From Nemertoderma westbladi (taxonomy: Eukaryota > Animalia > Xenacoelomorpha), in the NCBI GenBank assembly GCA_032718475.1, contig JAUCBJ010008868.1, forward strand, positions 1 to 64,000: a stretch of DNA of 64,000 bases, written 5' to 3'. The notes under the pieces are model-generated. The model was not told the origin of the DNA and did not search any database. It saw nothing but the letters and a program-made list of their open reading frames with translations. A program made the translations under genes and the position numbers. Shown here piece by piece: positions 12,501 to 24,030 of the stretch (its first letter is position 1; the number at the start of each line of letters is the position of its first letter).

Positions 12501-15500
12501 TGCCTAGGCTGATATTTTACTGTAGTACCAGTTGCCTTGGCAGTTATTTTACTGTAGTACCAGTTGCCTAGGCTGTTATTTTACTGTAGTACCAGTTGCC
12601 TAGACTGTTATTTTACTGTAGTACCAGTTGCCTAGGCTGTTAATTTACTGTAGTACCAGTTGCCTAGGCTGTTATTTTACTGTAGTACCAGTTGCCTAGA
12701 CTGTTATTTTACTGTAGTACCAGTTGCCTAGGCTGTTAATTTACTGTAGTACCAGTTGCCTAGGCTGTTATTTTACTGTAGTACCAGTTGCCTAGACTGT
12801 TATTTTACTGTAGTACCAGTTGCCTAGGCTGTTAATTTACTGTAGTACCAGTTGCCTAGGCTGATATTTTACTGTAGTACCAGTTGCCTTGGCAGTTATT
12901 TTACTGTAGTACCAGTTGCCTAGGCTGATATTTTACTGTAGTACCAGTTGCCTAGGCTGTAAATTTACTGTAGTACCAGTTACCTAGGCTGTTATTTTAC
13001 TGTAGTACCAGTTGCCTAGACTGTTATTTTACTGTAGTACCAGTTGCCTAGGCTGTTAATTTACTGTAGTACCAGTTGCCTAGGCTGTTATTTTACTGTA
13101 GTACCAGTTGCCTAGACTGTTATTTTACTGTAGTACCAGTTGCCTAGGCTGTTAATTTACTGTAGTACCAGTTGCCTAGGCTGTTATTTTACTGTAGTAC
13201 CAGTTGCCTAGACTGTTATTTTACTGTAGTACCAGTTGCCTAGGCTGTTAATTTACTGTAGTACCAGTTGCCTAGGCTGTTATTTTACTGTAGTACCAGT
13301 TGCCTAGACTGTTATTTTACTGTAGTACCAGTTGCCTAGGCTGTTAATTTACTGTAGTACCAGTTGCCTAGGCTGATATTTTACTGTAGTACCAGTTGCC
13401 TTGGCAGTTATTTTACTGTAGTACCAGTTGCCTAGGCTGATATTTTACTGTAGTACCAGTTGCCTAGGCTGTAAATTTACTGTAGTAACAGTTACCTAGG
13501 CTGTTATTTTACTGTAGTACCAGTTGCCTAGACTGTTATTTTACTGTAGTACCAGTTGCCTAGGCTGTTAATCTACTGTAGTACCAGTTGCCTAGGCCAG
13601 TTGCCTAGGCTGATATTTTACTGTAGTACCAGTTGCCTAGGTTGTTGTTTTACTGTAGTACTGTACCAGTTGCCTAGGCTGTTAATTTACTGTAGTACCA
13701 GTTGCCTAGGCTGATATTTTACTGTAGTACCAGTTGCTTGGCAGTTATTTTACTGTAGTACCAGTTGCCTAGGCTGATATTTTACTGTAGTACCAGTTGC
13801 CTAGGCTGTTATTTTACTGTAGTACCAGTTGCCTAGGCTGATATTTTACTGTAGTACCGGTTGCCTAGGCTGTTAATTTACTGTAGTACCAGTTGCCTAG
13901 GCTGATATTTTACTGTAGTACCAGTTGCCTAGGCTGATATTTTACTGTAGTACCAGTTGCCTAGGCTGTTATTTTACTGTAGTACCAGTTGCCTAGGCTG
14001 ATATTTTACTGTAGTACCAGTTGCCTAGGCTGTTAATTTACTGTAGTACCAGTTGCCTAGGCTATTATTTTACTGTAGTACCAGTTGCCTAGGCTGATAT
14101 TTTACTGTAGTACCAGTTGCCTTGGCAGTTATTTTACTGTAGTACCAGTTGCCTAGGCTGATATTTTACTGTAGTACCAGTTGCCTTGGCAGTTATTTTA
14201 CTGTAGTACCAGTTGCCTAGGCTGATATTTTACTGTAGTACCAGTTGCCTAGGCTGTTATTTTACTGTAGTACCAGTTGCCTAGGCTGATATTTTACTGT
14301 AGTACCAGTTGCCTAGGCTGTTAATTTACTGTAGTACCAGTTGCCTAGGCTGATATTTTACTGTAGTACCAGTTGCCTAGGCTGATATTTTACTGTAGTA
14401 CCAGTTGCCTAGGCTGTTATTTTACTGTAGTACCAGTTGCCTAGGCTGATATTTTACTGTAGTACCAGTTGCCTAGGCTGTTAATTTACTGTAGTACCAG
14501 TTGCCTAGGCTATTATTTTACTGTAGTACCAGTTGCCTAGGCTGATATTTTACTGTAGTACCAGTTGCCTTGGCAGTTATTTTACTGTAGTACCAGTTGC
14601 CTAGGCTGATATTTTACTGTAGTACCAGTTGCCTAGGCTGATATTTTACTGTAGTACCAGTTGCCTAGGCTGTTATTTTACTGTAGTACCAGTTGCCTAG
14701 GCTGATATTTTACTGTAGTACCAGTTGCCTAGGCTGTTAATTTACTGTAGTACCAGTTGCCTAGGCTGATATTTTACTGTAGTACCAGTTGCCTTGGCAG
14801 TTATTTTACTGTAGTACCAGTTGCCTAGGCTGATATTTTACTGTAGTACCAGTTGCCTAGGCTGTTAATTTACTGTAGTACCAGATGCCTAGGCTGATAT
14901 TTTACTGTAGTACCAGTTACCTATGCTGTTATTTTACTGTAGTACCAGTTGCCTAGGCTGTTATTTTACTGTAGTACCAGTTGCCTAGGCTGATATTTTA
15001 CTGTAGTACCAGTTGCCTAGGCTGTTAATTTACTGTAGTACCAGTTGCCTAGGCTGATATTTTACTGTAGTACCAGTTGCCTTGGCAGTTATTTTACTGT
15101 AGTACCAGTTGCCTAGGCTGATATTTTACTGTAGTACCAGTTGCCTAGGCTGTTATTTTACTGTAGTACCAGTTGCCTAGGCTGATATTTTACTGTAGTA
15201 CCAGTTGCCTAGGCTGTTAATTTACTGTAGTACCAGTTGCCTAGGCTGATATTTTACTGTAGTACCAGTTGCCTTGGCAGTTATTTTACTGTAGTACCAG
15301 TTGCCTAGGCTGATATTTTACTGTAGTACCAGTTGCCTAGGCTGTTAATTTACTGTAGTACCAGTTGCCTAGGCTGATATTTTACTGTAGTACCAGTTAC
15401 CTATGCTGTTATTTTACTGTAGTACCAGTTGCCTAGGCTGTTATTTTACTGTAGTACCAGTTACCTATGCTGTTATTTTTCTGTAGCACCAGTTGCCTAG

Positions 15501-15540
15501 GCTGTTATTTTACTGTAGTCTGTAGTACATGTTGTCTAGG
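9546..15540. repeat. 32-bp satellite (actgtagtaccagttgcctaggctgttatttt), ~180 copies
   Basis: Period 32 read directly (9901 to 9933). Occasional 33- and 35-bp variants, degenerate edges, and an interruption at 10502-10725. Confidence 0.98.
10502..10725 (+). mobile_element. Retroposed poly(A)-tailed insertion (5'-truncated LINE 3' UTR or processed transcript end) in the 32-bp satellite
   Basis: AATAAA at 10689-10694, A14 tract at 10713-10726, and TSD AGTTACCTAGG at 10491-10501 and 10726-10736. Confidence 0.88.
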
Positions 15541-16175
15541 TTTTTGTGCGCCGAATCACCGGATATACTATGGTAGTATATTTCTTAGGTAGTATCAGCT
15601 GTCTGATGCAAGAGTGGTTTCTAATTAGGCCTAATATACGTTATTTTTTATTAAAATTAAAGAATTATTTTAAATATAATTTAAGCTGAAGTTTAAAGCA
15701 TTTTAATTAAAATACTGTGGAATAAACTACAGACTGCACTAACTGTATTGTAAAGTACGACTAAACTACCGGTACCGGTACCGGTAGTACCGGTACGACT
15801 AAACTAGTATTAGAATATTCGAACCAGCAATATTTTATTTCTAAATTATTGTTAAGTAAGTATATTAACTTGCAATTAATTACCTATTTTTTTAAAGCTA
15901 TTCGTAAAATGAAGTAATTGTAACAAAATATATAATTACAACCATAATTAATTTCATTACTATAAGAATTAAATATTTAATTAAATAAAACTAAATGTCC
16001 AACTGCCAGACCTTCCCTCCAACCTTCCCCGCCTTCACTAACTTGTCATAAACATGAAGTTCTTGACTTTCATCTCTAAATTTATCACTACAGAACCAAC
16101 CTTTCATTTAGTTTCCCTGCCAACCTTATCTTCCCATGTTTTTTCCACTCTCTACTTTTCTTACTTCTCTACAAT

Positions 16176-16383
16176 GCACCTAAAACGATATGGGGGTTCC
16201 CCCTCTTTTTTCTAAAAAAGCTCTTTTTCGGTCCACAAATAATCTCCGCGCCATGAATATAAAGTCCAGCCAATCAAGTCCAGGTTATATCCCCAGACAA
16301 GTAATATTATCTCGAGGTCCACCTTACTAACTTTAGGTTGGACTTAAAAAAATAAGGGGAGATTCCCATATCCGTTTAGTTGC
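16176..16383. mobile_element. MITE (~208 bp) with ~40-bp imperfect TIRs
   Basis: Left end gcacctaaaacgatatgggggttcccc matches the reverse complement of the right end, gcaactaaacggatatgggaatctcccc. Confidence 0.65.
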
Positions 16384-16519
16384 TCCTTTCTTTACGTTCC
16401 AATTTATCATTACCAACTTCTTAAGTTCACAAGTTAATCTATCTGCATTTGTGTATCAAAATAAAGAAGAAATAATAAAAAAAAAATGCAAACTTAGTCA
16501 GTTAGAAACGAACTATAAT

Positions 16520-17311
16520 CTACAAATCGGCCTCCTCGACTGTATCCTTCATCCTATTGGTCGCAGCGGTCCACTGCTGAAACTCCGCCGGTCGGTACTC
16601 GTAGCTCATTCGTCGAGATGACTTCCGACCCAAAGTAGCCGACTTCCTACCCGGGGACAATAACCCCGGGCGACCAGGGGATGACGGCCCAGGTCCCACA
16701 GATACCGGACGGAGAGTGGACCGCTTGGGGGCGTCAAGGTGACCCGGTCGTGGAGAGAACATTGAGCTGGCACGGCCCCCATCGGTAGGTCGATGTGATG
16801 GTCTCTCGCGTCGATCTCGTGTTTGACTGACATCATCTCTAGAATGATTGACTAGCGAGGCGGATGGACTGTTTCCGTAGCATATAGCGAGCGGCCCAGC
16901 GGTGCCACCAGTGGTAGACGGGGGTAACGCACGACTGGCTCTTGGCGTCACCGCCGGTGTTTTGTAGGTTATCTTGTATGTTGTAGCCGTGGTTGTAGGG
17001 AAGTTGTACTCGCGTCTGTCGGTGTTGGGTTGGGCTCGACTCGGACGTGGTAGAGACGCGTAGATTCTGTGAGTGGACGCCCGATTGCCAGCCACCTCTC
17101 GGCTCCAGTGAGTCGAGCCAGGGTGTCTGGGTAGACTGGAGTAGCCAGATATTCGTCTGGGGTTGCTGCTCTGTGAAGACCCGGTGCTTGGACCACCTCG
17201 GGGCGTATGTTGTTGCCATGGTGATACAGTGCTGGGCCCACTGCGTGGCGTCTGTGGTTGCCATGGTACTAAGGCTTTGGAAGGACAAGCTTCCTCATTC
17301 CTTAAAATCAC
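16520..17311 (-). CDS. Terminal coding exon of an unknown spliced gene (Pro/Ser/Arg/Thr-rich, likely disordered)
   Basis: Acceptor ttttccAG at 17313-17312, phase 0. 264 codons to TAG at 16520 (VILRNEEACPSK...RMKDTVEEADL*). GC-rich against AT-rich flanks. Confidence 0.75.
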   Translation of the reverse strand: MILRNEEACPSKALVPWQPQTPRSGPSTVSPWQQHTPRGGPSTGSSQSSNPRRISGYSSLPRHPGSTHWSREVAGNRASTHRIYASLPRPSRAQPNTDRREYNFPTTTATTYKITYKTPAVTPRASRALPPSTTGGTAGPLAICYGNSPSASLVNHSRDDVSQTRDRRERPSHRPTDGGRASSMFSPRPGHLDAPKRSTLRPVSVGPGPSSPGRPGLLSPGRKSATLGRKSSRRMSYEYRPAEFQQWTAATNRMKDTVEEADL

Positions 17312-17604
17312 CTGGAAAAGGGTAAATTCTAGATTATTAAGTAGACGATTAAAATTGATTAAGTTTGATATTATTTTATTCGGAATTGGAAATATTACGT
17401 AAATCCATAGGAGGAACAGGATGCGTGGTGACTTTATAAGATGGGTAAGAATTGTTTCTATGGGGTATGAGAATGTAGTTGCTATAGATATAGACATTAT
17501 CATTTGACCTAGTCCTCTATTACCGGTAAGGTTGGTACACTTATCTATCTATGCTGCAACGGCAGTCCAACATACCGTAGCTAATCGGTGGACTGATACT
17601 GCCG

Positions 17605-17830
17605 CCAAACTATCAAGGTCCCAAGTCTATCGTTTGTATTCAATCTATAAACCAAACTATCAAGCTCCCAAGTCTATCGTTTGTATTCAATCTATAAACC
17701 AAACTATCAAGCTCCCAAGTCTATCGTTTGTATTCAATCTATAAACCAAACTATCAAGCTCCCAAGTCTATCGTTTGTATTCAATCTATAAACCAAACTA
17801 TCAAGCTCCCAAGTCTATCGTTTGTATTCA
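17605..17830. repeat. 47-bp intronic minisatellite, ~4.8 copies
   Basis: aaactatcaagctcccaagtctatcgtttgtattcaatctataaacc starts at 17607, 17654, 17701, 17748 and 17795. Confidence 0.95.
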
Positions 17831-18070
17831 CCAAGAGTTTGCTCTAATATCTATAAATTATATATCAGTATATCTATTTATTTATTCCGTATTAAATCTT
17901 TAAATAAATCATAATTTTTACCTTGACAACTACGTTGTCACTTGACAACTGACTATGATAATATTTCTTTACCTTGACAACCGACTATGATAATATTTCT
18001 TACTCATTGTGCTGAGGATTCCCCACTGCTTTGATATATTTTACCAATTAATCTATAACCACTCACTCAC

Positions 18071-18315
18071 CTTACCAGGGTAAGACCTCTGATCATTATA
18101 GATACTCCAAGGTGACTGCGTTGACCTGTATTTAGGGGTGGGGTCATTGACCACTTTATAACCCGGGTTACTTTCCCCTCCATACTTGGGAGTTTGGTTA
18201 CTGACACCGATGTACTTGGGCGTGAGGTTGTTGACTTCAATCGAAAGGGGTTTATCATATTTTTGGTTTTCAGATGTTGAGGAAATTCGTTGCCTGATGG
18301 TACCTTCCACATAGT
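18071..18315 (-). CDS. Internal exon (245 bp, phase 1 to 0) of the unknown gene: YVEGTIRQ...TPKY x3...RSYPGK
   Basis: Acceptor tttgtttAG, donor AAG/GTGAGT; open, and phase-compatible with both neighbours. Confidence 0.75.
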
Positions 18316-18426
18316 CTAAACAAACATAAGGTTACAGCATTCAGGATCAGTACAGAGGACTTTATTCTACCCCTGAAAGGCTTTCTAGCTCTTAAGAATT
18401 TGATCTACAGTATTAAGTATGCTTAC

Positions 18427-18537
18427 CAGCTGCGACCTGTTTCTCATAGTCTGTTGGGCCCTCAACTACATAGCGATTAACGTGGTCTTTCATTCTGTTA
18501 AACATCGCACTCCCTTTGTCAGCTCCGCGGTTCAAAC
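18427..18537 (-). CDS. Internal exon (111 bp, phase 1 to 1): LNRGADKGSAMFNRMKDHVNRYVVEGPTDYEKQVAA
   Basis: Acceptor cattttAG, donor CTG/GTAAGC; open, and phase-compatible. Confidence 0.75.
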
Positions 18538-18729
18538 CTAAAATGTCATAAATCAGGTGAAAATCCGTAAGTATATTGAATTATAAGATATAGTTCACTA
18601 TAGGAAAGGCGAACAGCAGAACTGAATAAAGTGGCGACGAATAAAGCGTGATGTTTTAGCTAATGAGGGTATGCGACAAGTTAAAGATGAGTTTTAGACA
18701 ACAACAACACTGGACCTCCTGTTACTCAC

Positions 18730-18858
18730 CTCTATGGGACTGGTACTGTGGCCTAGTCCAAGCTTGGGGTGGGGACGGTTTTATATCCTGTCTTTGTTTC
18801 TGCCTCTGCTGAAGTGGCAACATTCCCTGTGGCTGACGCACTGACTGCCTCCCCCATT
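18730..18858 (-). CDS. Internal exon (129 bp, phase 1 to 1): WGRQSVRQPQGMLPLQQRQKQRQDIKPSPPQAWTRPQYQSHR
   Basis: Acceptor tcttgttAG, donor GAG/GTGAGT; open, and phase-compatible. Confidence 0.7.
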
Positions 18859-18889
18859 CTAACAAGATAAGTTATTAATATATCACATC

Positions 18890-21088
18890 GTTATAATAAA
18901 TTTTATAATAGTAATTTTGAAATAAATGCAACAGTATAACAATAAAGCAAAAGTAAAATAAAAGTAAAAATGTAATAAAAATTAATTAATTATAATAAAA
19001 TGACATTAAAACAGAAGATAGAATCCTAACATAATGTTATCACAGAAGATAGCCCCCCTTTACCCTACTGTATCAACCCATAATGTCAAAAAGGCCTGCA
19101 GCAGAAGAATCCATTGTGCCCAGTAAGGAGGCGGCGTTCCCGATAAGAATGGCGATTAGGATACGCTGGAGGAGGAAGCGGAGAGACCTGGGCTCCATGG
19201 TTACGGCGTGGAGCCTCTGGCCGACCTCCTTCAGAAAGCAGGCGGTTTCAGGGCCTAGTTGTCCTAGCGTCTCAAACGCTACAGGGTGGAAGATGTGGCC
19301 CCGCCTAACCACCTCTGCATACTTGGAGGTTTTGGCGGCCTTGGCTTTCTTCGCCACTCGGTCTCCCCCAGACTGACTGGTAGCGAGGTGGCTGGGCGCG
19401 AGCGGGTCCCAGACGGTAGCGTCCCAGGTGAGCAGACGCCCGCGACTCCATGGAACGGGGGTCTCCCCGTCAACCCGTTTGCTGCTGCCGTCTCTATGCA
19501 GTCCTGGTGGTTTCAGGAGGGATGGCACTCCGCAGCTGGCCAGAGAACGCTTTACAATGTCGTTGAGCATGGTGTGTCTGGGATGTCGGCCTGCAATACT
19601 CTTACATGACAGGCTGTGCAGACCATCCGACTCAACATGGCGACCACACCGGGAGCAGCAGTGAACTTGCGGTCAACTTACAGCCCAGGCGGATGGCGAT
19701 GGAGATCCTAAACTGGGAGTCGTTAAGCTTCAACCCGAGGGAGGAAGCCAGGACCGCGTCTAGCCAACAGCCCGCTAGTCGCTGTTTATAGAGTTAAGTC
19801 GGGCAATATCGACTGGTGAGGACGATGCATGGAGATTGTTTACTGTTTCTTCGTAAATGGGCCACATCCAAGCGCTCTGTAGGCTTGATGATGGTATTGG
19901 TTCGCTCTCTGGGACGCTAGACCTCCACAACTCCAGGGCTCGTGAACTCACATGGTCGTCGAATCAGAAGGTTAAGAGGCATCCCATCAAACTGGTGCAA
20001 GCAGCCGCGGAAGCCAAGAAGGCAGAAAGAGCGAGCTGCGTAGCGCTGGACAGACCGAGGCCCCCCACATGGGTCGGAAGATACGCCTGCGACCAGGCTC
20101 AGTCGTCAATCATGGAGTTGGTGGCCTGCTGGAGGGCGTCTCTGACAGTCTGGTCAAACTCGGCAAGGATGTCGCGTTTCACGAAACACAGCAATGTGTG
20201 GAGGAAATATGTCAGGGGGGAATGGAGAAGGAGTGTTTGAGGAGGTAGAAGGAATGATGGGCGTCGATGTGCAGAAGTCGAGACATCAACATAGCCAGGT
20301 CGTTGACCTTGCTCCACAGACAAGTCTCGATGCCCGCGTCTCCTATCGGGGTGTCCAACATCGTCAGTTCTCCCAGAGAGGGGAACTCAATCTCGCCACA
20401 AATCTCCTCGAACGTGTTCTGGATGGTTGAGCGGGACTCCTCCAACTCGGCCAAGGAAAAACAGCTCGCACTTGGCGGGTTTAACCTTGTGGCAGTACTC
20501 TGTGATTATGGTCCGGAAGTCGTTTAGGACTACCTTGAAGTCGGCACTGATGTTTCCATCGTCAGGTACCAGATGTTGAGGCTGGAGTCCAGAGACTGTA
20601 CAAACGGGTTGATGGTGTCCCTGAAGAGTTAGGGCCCTGTTGAATGCCTTCGTCTGAGAGAAGGATGTCATCAGACCCATCGTTGATAAGGAAGCTAGAC
20701 TCACCATAAGCTGCCAGGGTGTAGTTAATTATAAATGGCCGGGTAGCTCTGGTGGATGGTTTCGAGCATGGAGTTGTGGCAGATGGAGTTGAAGGCGTTC
20801 GCGAAGTCAACCTTGAGGAGGACAGATCCAGGCTCGTTCGGTGACTCCACCATATTTCTTGTAGCGTGGGCGGCCACCTCGGCCTTGCTTTTGGTCCCAA
20901 TTCCAAGCAGGACAGTGTCGTGCGAGGTCGTCCGCTCCCCCTTGACCAACGTCCCAGCAAACTTAGAGCTCAGCCTGAACAAGGTCAACCCGATGGCGAT
21001 GGGACGGATCCCTCCTGACCCCTTCAAGAATGCAAAGAGGTTGGCACCGAAGAAAATCGGCCGCACGCTGAGAGGAACTTCACCGGTT
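18890..21088 (-). mobile_element. 5'-truncated, degraded non-LTR retrotransposon with RT and restriction-like endonuclease (CRE-like clade)
   Basis: RT motifs GGIRPIAIGLTLFRLSSK, LLKVDFANAFNSI, GIQQG and (Y)LDDG-like, split over frames. C-terminal CCHC region, then RH..LNDIVKRSL, KRVDG, LTWDATV, K..KY, FHPVAFETLG, QRILIAILIGNAASLLGT. Stop at 19073 followed by an AT-rich 3' tail. Confidence 0.85.
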
Positions 21089-21515
21089 CATTTAGGATGC
21101 TTTCTGATAACCAACGGTATCTGAATCTGAGTATTTAGAATTTAGTTATTGACACTAAATTAAATCTCTAGTTTATCGATCTCGCTCGCTGCGCTCGCTT
21201 TCCTTTGGTAAATATAAGATTTCGGGAATGACTGTAAGTATGTCCCAATTTTATTTCCTCTAGAATAAACAGTTATAGTTTAACTATTAATACAGACTAA
21301 TAAACAGATATTGGAGCCTCTACTTAACATATTATGTAAAATGATTATTTTAATAAAATGTATTATTAAATTATTATTATAATATTCAAATTATACCCAA
21401 AATATAAAGAGTAAACGATTCCCGTACAGAAATTCATTTAATTTACCGTACCACATTCTCCACAGAAACAGGCATGTCCTTCAAATATACAATCCCCACT
21501 CACCCCCAAACAACA

Positions 21516-22028
21516 TCATTTATCAATCTTTATTGTACCTAAAGGCAAAATTAATACTTGAAAATCCAGTTGAAGCTCAACTTTTTCGTAGGGGTGTGAA
21601 ACCTTGGCGTGGCGGATCACAGTTCCCCATTCCGAAGGTGCCCAGATTCCACTTTTCTTTGTATAATGCTCAATTCGGGCATGAATAGAGACCACGGGCA
21701 TATTACAGCAGTGTACTAATCGAATAATGTACTAATCGAGATAGTGCTTGATGTAGAGCAGTAACAACAATTAATTCTATTTCTGTTTTGGCCACTACAG
21801 AAGTCACAGAAGAGGTCAACCTTTTTATCTTTGGAATTCTAGCATCTATATCGTTGAGGTATTTAAATAATATTGAACCAACTTCATTGGCTCCCCGTTT
21901 AGCGGTATTTTCTCCCCATAAATAGCAAATTCCTCTCTTTGAAACTCCTTCAAAAATGCTTTCGATTTACTAAGCAAACCAACGAGCATTGAATTAGAAT
22001 ACTGTGTATTCAACAGGAAGAGCACCAT
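21516..22028 (-). pseudogene. Sola1-like DDE transposase relic
   Basis: Minus-strand frames give CYLWGENTAKRGANEVGSILFKYL, VDLFCDFCSGQNRN and SIHARIE...IWAPSEWGTVIRHAK..PY. These match recalled W.E...RG.NE, D.C.GQN.N and DS.HA.IE motifs. Frameshifted. Confidence 0.65.
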
Positions 22029-22291
22029 GTTTGTTTATATTTGCCGCGATAACTTTGAGGAAGGAAGAGCACCATGTTTGTTTATATTTGACAGGATACC
22101 TTTGAGGAAGGAAGAGCACCATGTTTGTTTATATTTGCCGCGATAACTTTGAGGAAGGAAGAGCACCATGTTTGTTTATATTTGACAGGATACCTTTGAG
22201 GAAGGAAGAGCACCATGTTTGTTTATATTTGCCGCGATAACTTTGAGGAAGGAAGAGCACCATGTTTGTTTATATTTGCCGCGATAACTTT
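22014..22291. repeat. 47-bp minisatellite, ~6 copies with two variants (A-B-A-B-A-A)
   Basis: agcaccatg occurs at 22021 and 22068 onward; variants are gccgcgataac and gacaggatacc. Confidence 0.95.
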
Positions 22292-23002
22292 TGGGACCAT
22301 TTCACCTATATCTAGAGTCTGCTCTATAAAACTACGGCAACCACGAACCGCATTCCCGCGTTGTAGAGGTACCAGTTGAATCTATAGTTTTTGTAGCTTT
22401 ATACATAGGTAGAAATACTAACAGGCACTTAGGCTGCTTTGAAACAATCGGAATATGCCGTTTTTCGATTTATAAAAAAACGATGTTTGGGATATTTTGA
22501 TGTCATTTGGTAGTTTTCGAAAAAAAAAACATTTCTGAAAAGATGGCATTTGGGATATTTATTTTTATCTATTCAAGGGGGGGGGGGGGGGGGGGGGTAC
22601 ACCAGTTTCAGACAACTCTTCGATTTATCACTCTCAGCGGTTCAAAATTATTTGGTTTTGGCTATAATTTAGAATATAAGTACCTAAGATGCTATTCTAC
22701 ATGACAGGTCAGAAGAATTTTATTTTTCGCTATTTAATATTAGTTAATAATCCCCCCCCCCCCCCCTCTCTTAATTAAATTAAAACTAATAAACATATGG
22801 CCAAATTGTAAAGACACATTTATGTAATTTTTACAGGAGAATTCAATTTTGCATAAAAAGAGTCAATTTTGATATATTAAACTATACGTCTTGTGCTTAG
22901 ATAAATATAATTTGGGCTGTAATTGCGTGAATCTGATTAATTCACGTATATTAAAATAGAGTTTCAGTTGTGTGGATGACTAAGAATACTGACGTGGCTT
23001 AC

Positions 23003-23104
23003 CATCGAGATTTATCTCTAACAATGGGAGTCTGTAGTGTCTAACCTTTGTAGTCTTTAGTGTCTGCCTCTGTCTGGTATAATGTCCCCGAGTCTTTGTG
23101 AAAA
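23003..23104 (-). CDS. Candidate upstream exon (102 bp, phase 1 to 1): FTKTRGHYTRQRQTLKTTKVRHYRLPLLEINLD
   Basis: Acceptor tatttgcAG, donor ATG/GTAAGC. Only the phase compatible with exon 18730-18858 is open. Confidence 0.55.
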
Positions 23105-23554
23105 CTGCAAATAATTACAAAATTAATAAACCAGTTGGGTCACCAGTGAATTATTATTTATAACTTAACAAACATCACGGTCTACTATAATTCCTGGCAA
23201 TTAATTTGTTCGCTAAATATGGATGTTAAAAGAGAATGAATAACTATTTTACATACTTGTGTGTAAAGTAGCACTTTATAGTGTGATAATCCGAGTGGCT
23301 TTGTTACAAGAACGAACGTTAGTGAGTGAGTGAAAATAAAGCTACGAGGATCACAAATGTAAATAAATGTAAAAATGACATAAATTATGTTATAAATAAG
23401 TTAACTTATATTTATGGTGGCGTTTGGAGCCATGTTAATAATTGAGCTACTGGTTATTAATAGCTCTACCCCGCCTACCGGTAGGTAATGCAGTAGGCCT
23501 ATCTGGCTGTCATGTAAATTTCCACCTATTGTTTACGTGGTAACCAATGACGGC

Positions 23555-23589
23555 GTTAAGTAATGTCCCCTTAGTGGACATTACTTAAC
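23555..23589. repeat. Perfect 14-bp inverted repeat with a 7-nt loop
   Basis: gttaagtaatgtcc-ccttagt-ggacattacttaac. Confidence 0.85.
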
Positions 23590-23867
23590 AATACTAAATG
23601 TACAGGCCAATACAATGCTGTAATGTCCTCAAATGTTGTAAAGAGCTAAATAACAACTCGCTGTTAATACTAACGGCGTTGATTAATGTTACAATTTTGG
23701 AATAAAATATATAAAAGTTTAATTTTCACAATCACATACCGGAAACAATATTTTGAATAAACAAAATAATAAATATTACTCGCAACAGGTTATCCAGCAC
23801 AAATATAAAATCATTGAAGTTACATTAGATAATGAATGCGGTAAGATGGGTTTAGATAGAGATCTAT

Positions 23868-24030
23868 GTGGGTAGTGGCCGAGTGGATACAGCACCTGAA
23901 CTGCTTTCACAATGTTTTAGCAGCGTCGGTTCAAATCCAACCGAAAGCTTTAAAAACTTAGCGTTGTTGAGTCCCTAAGCAGGAAACTTTAAACATTAGT
24001 GTGGCAGTGCTTGTACTATATGATACCGTA
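23868..24030 (+). mobile_element. tRNA-derived SINE (old copy)
   Basis: A-box tggccgagtgg (23876-23886) and B-box ggttcaaatcc (23928-23938), followed by gttgagtccctaagcaggaaactt, which resembles the CORE/V-type tgtgtccttgagcaagacactt motif. No full cloverleaf. Confidence 0.65.

Noticed and set aside
17312-17503. N-terminal part of the 327-aa ORF 16520..17503
   Set aside because: AT-rich read-through upstream of a good splice acceptor; interpreted as intron.
19083-21124. Plus-strand ORFs over the retrotransposon
   Set aside because: Antisense shadows of the GC-rich RT coding region.
23740-23825. Signal-peptide-like phase-1 first exon (VLDNLLRVIFIILFIQNIVS/GTATGT) for the minus-strand gene
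   Set aside because: No in-frame ATG or acceptor before an upstream stop, and hydrophobicity is expected from T-rich DNA.
23868-23945. tRNA gene
   Set aside because: A and B boxes are present but the acceptor and anticodon stems do not form, and a SINE-like body follows.
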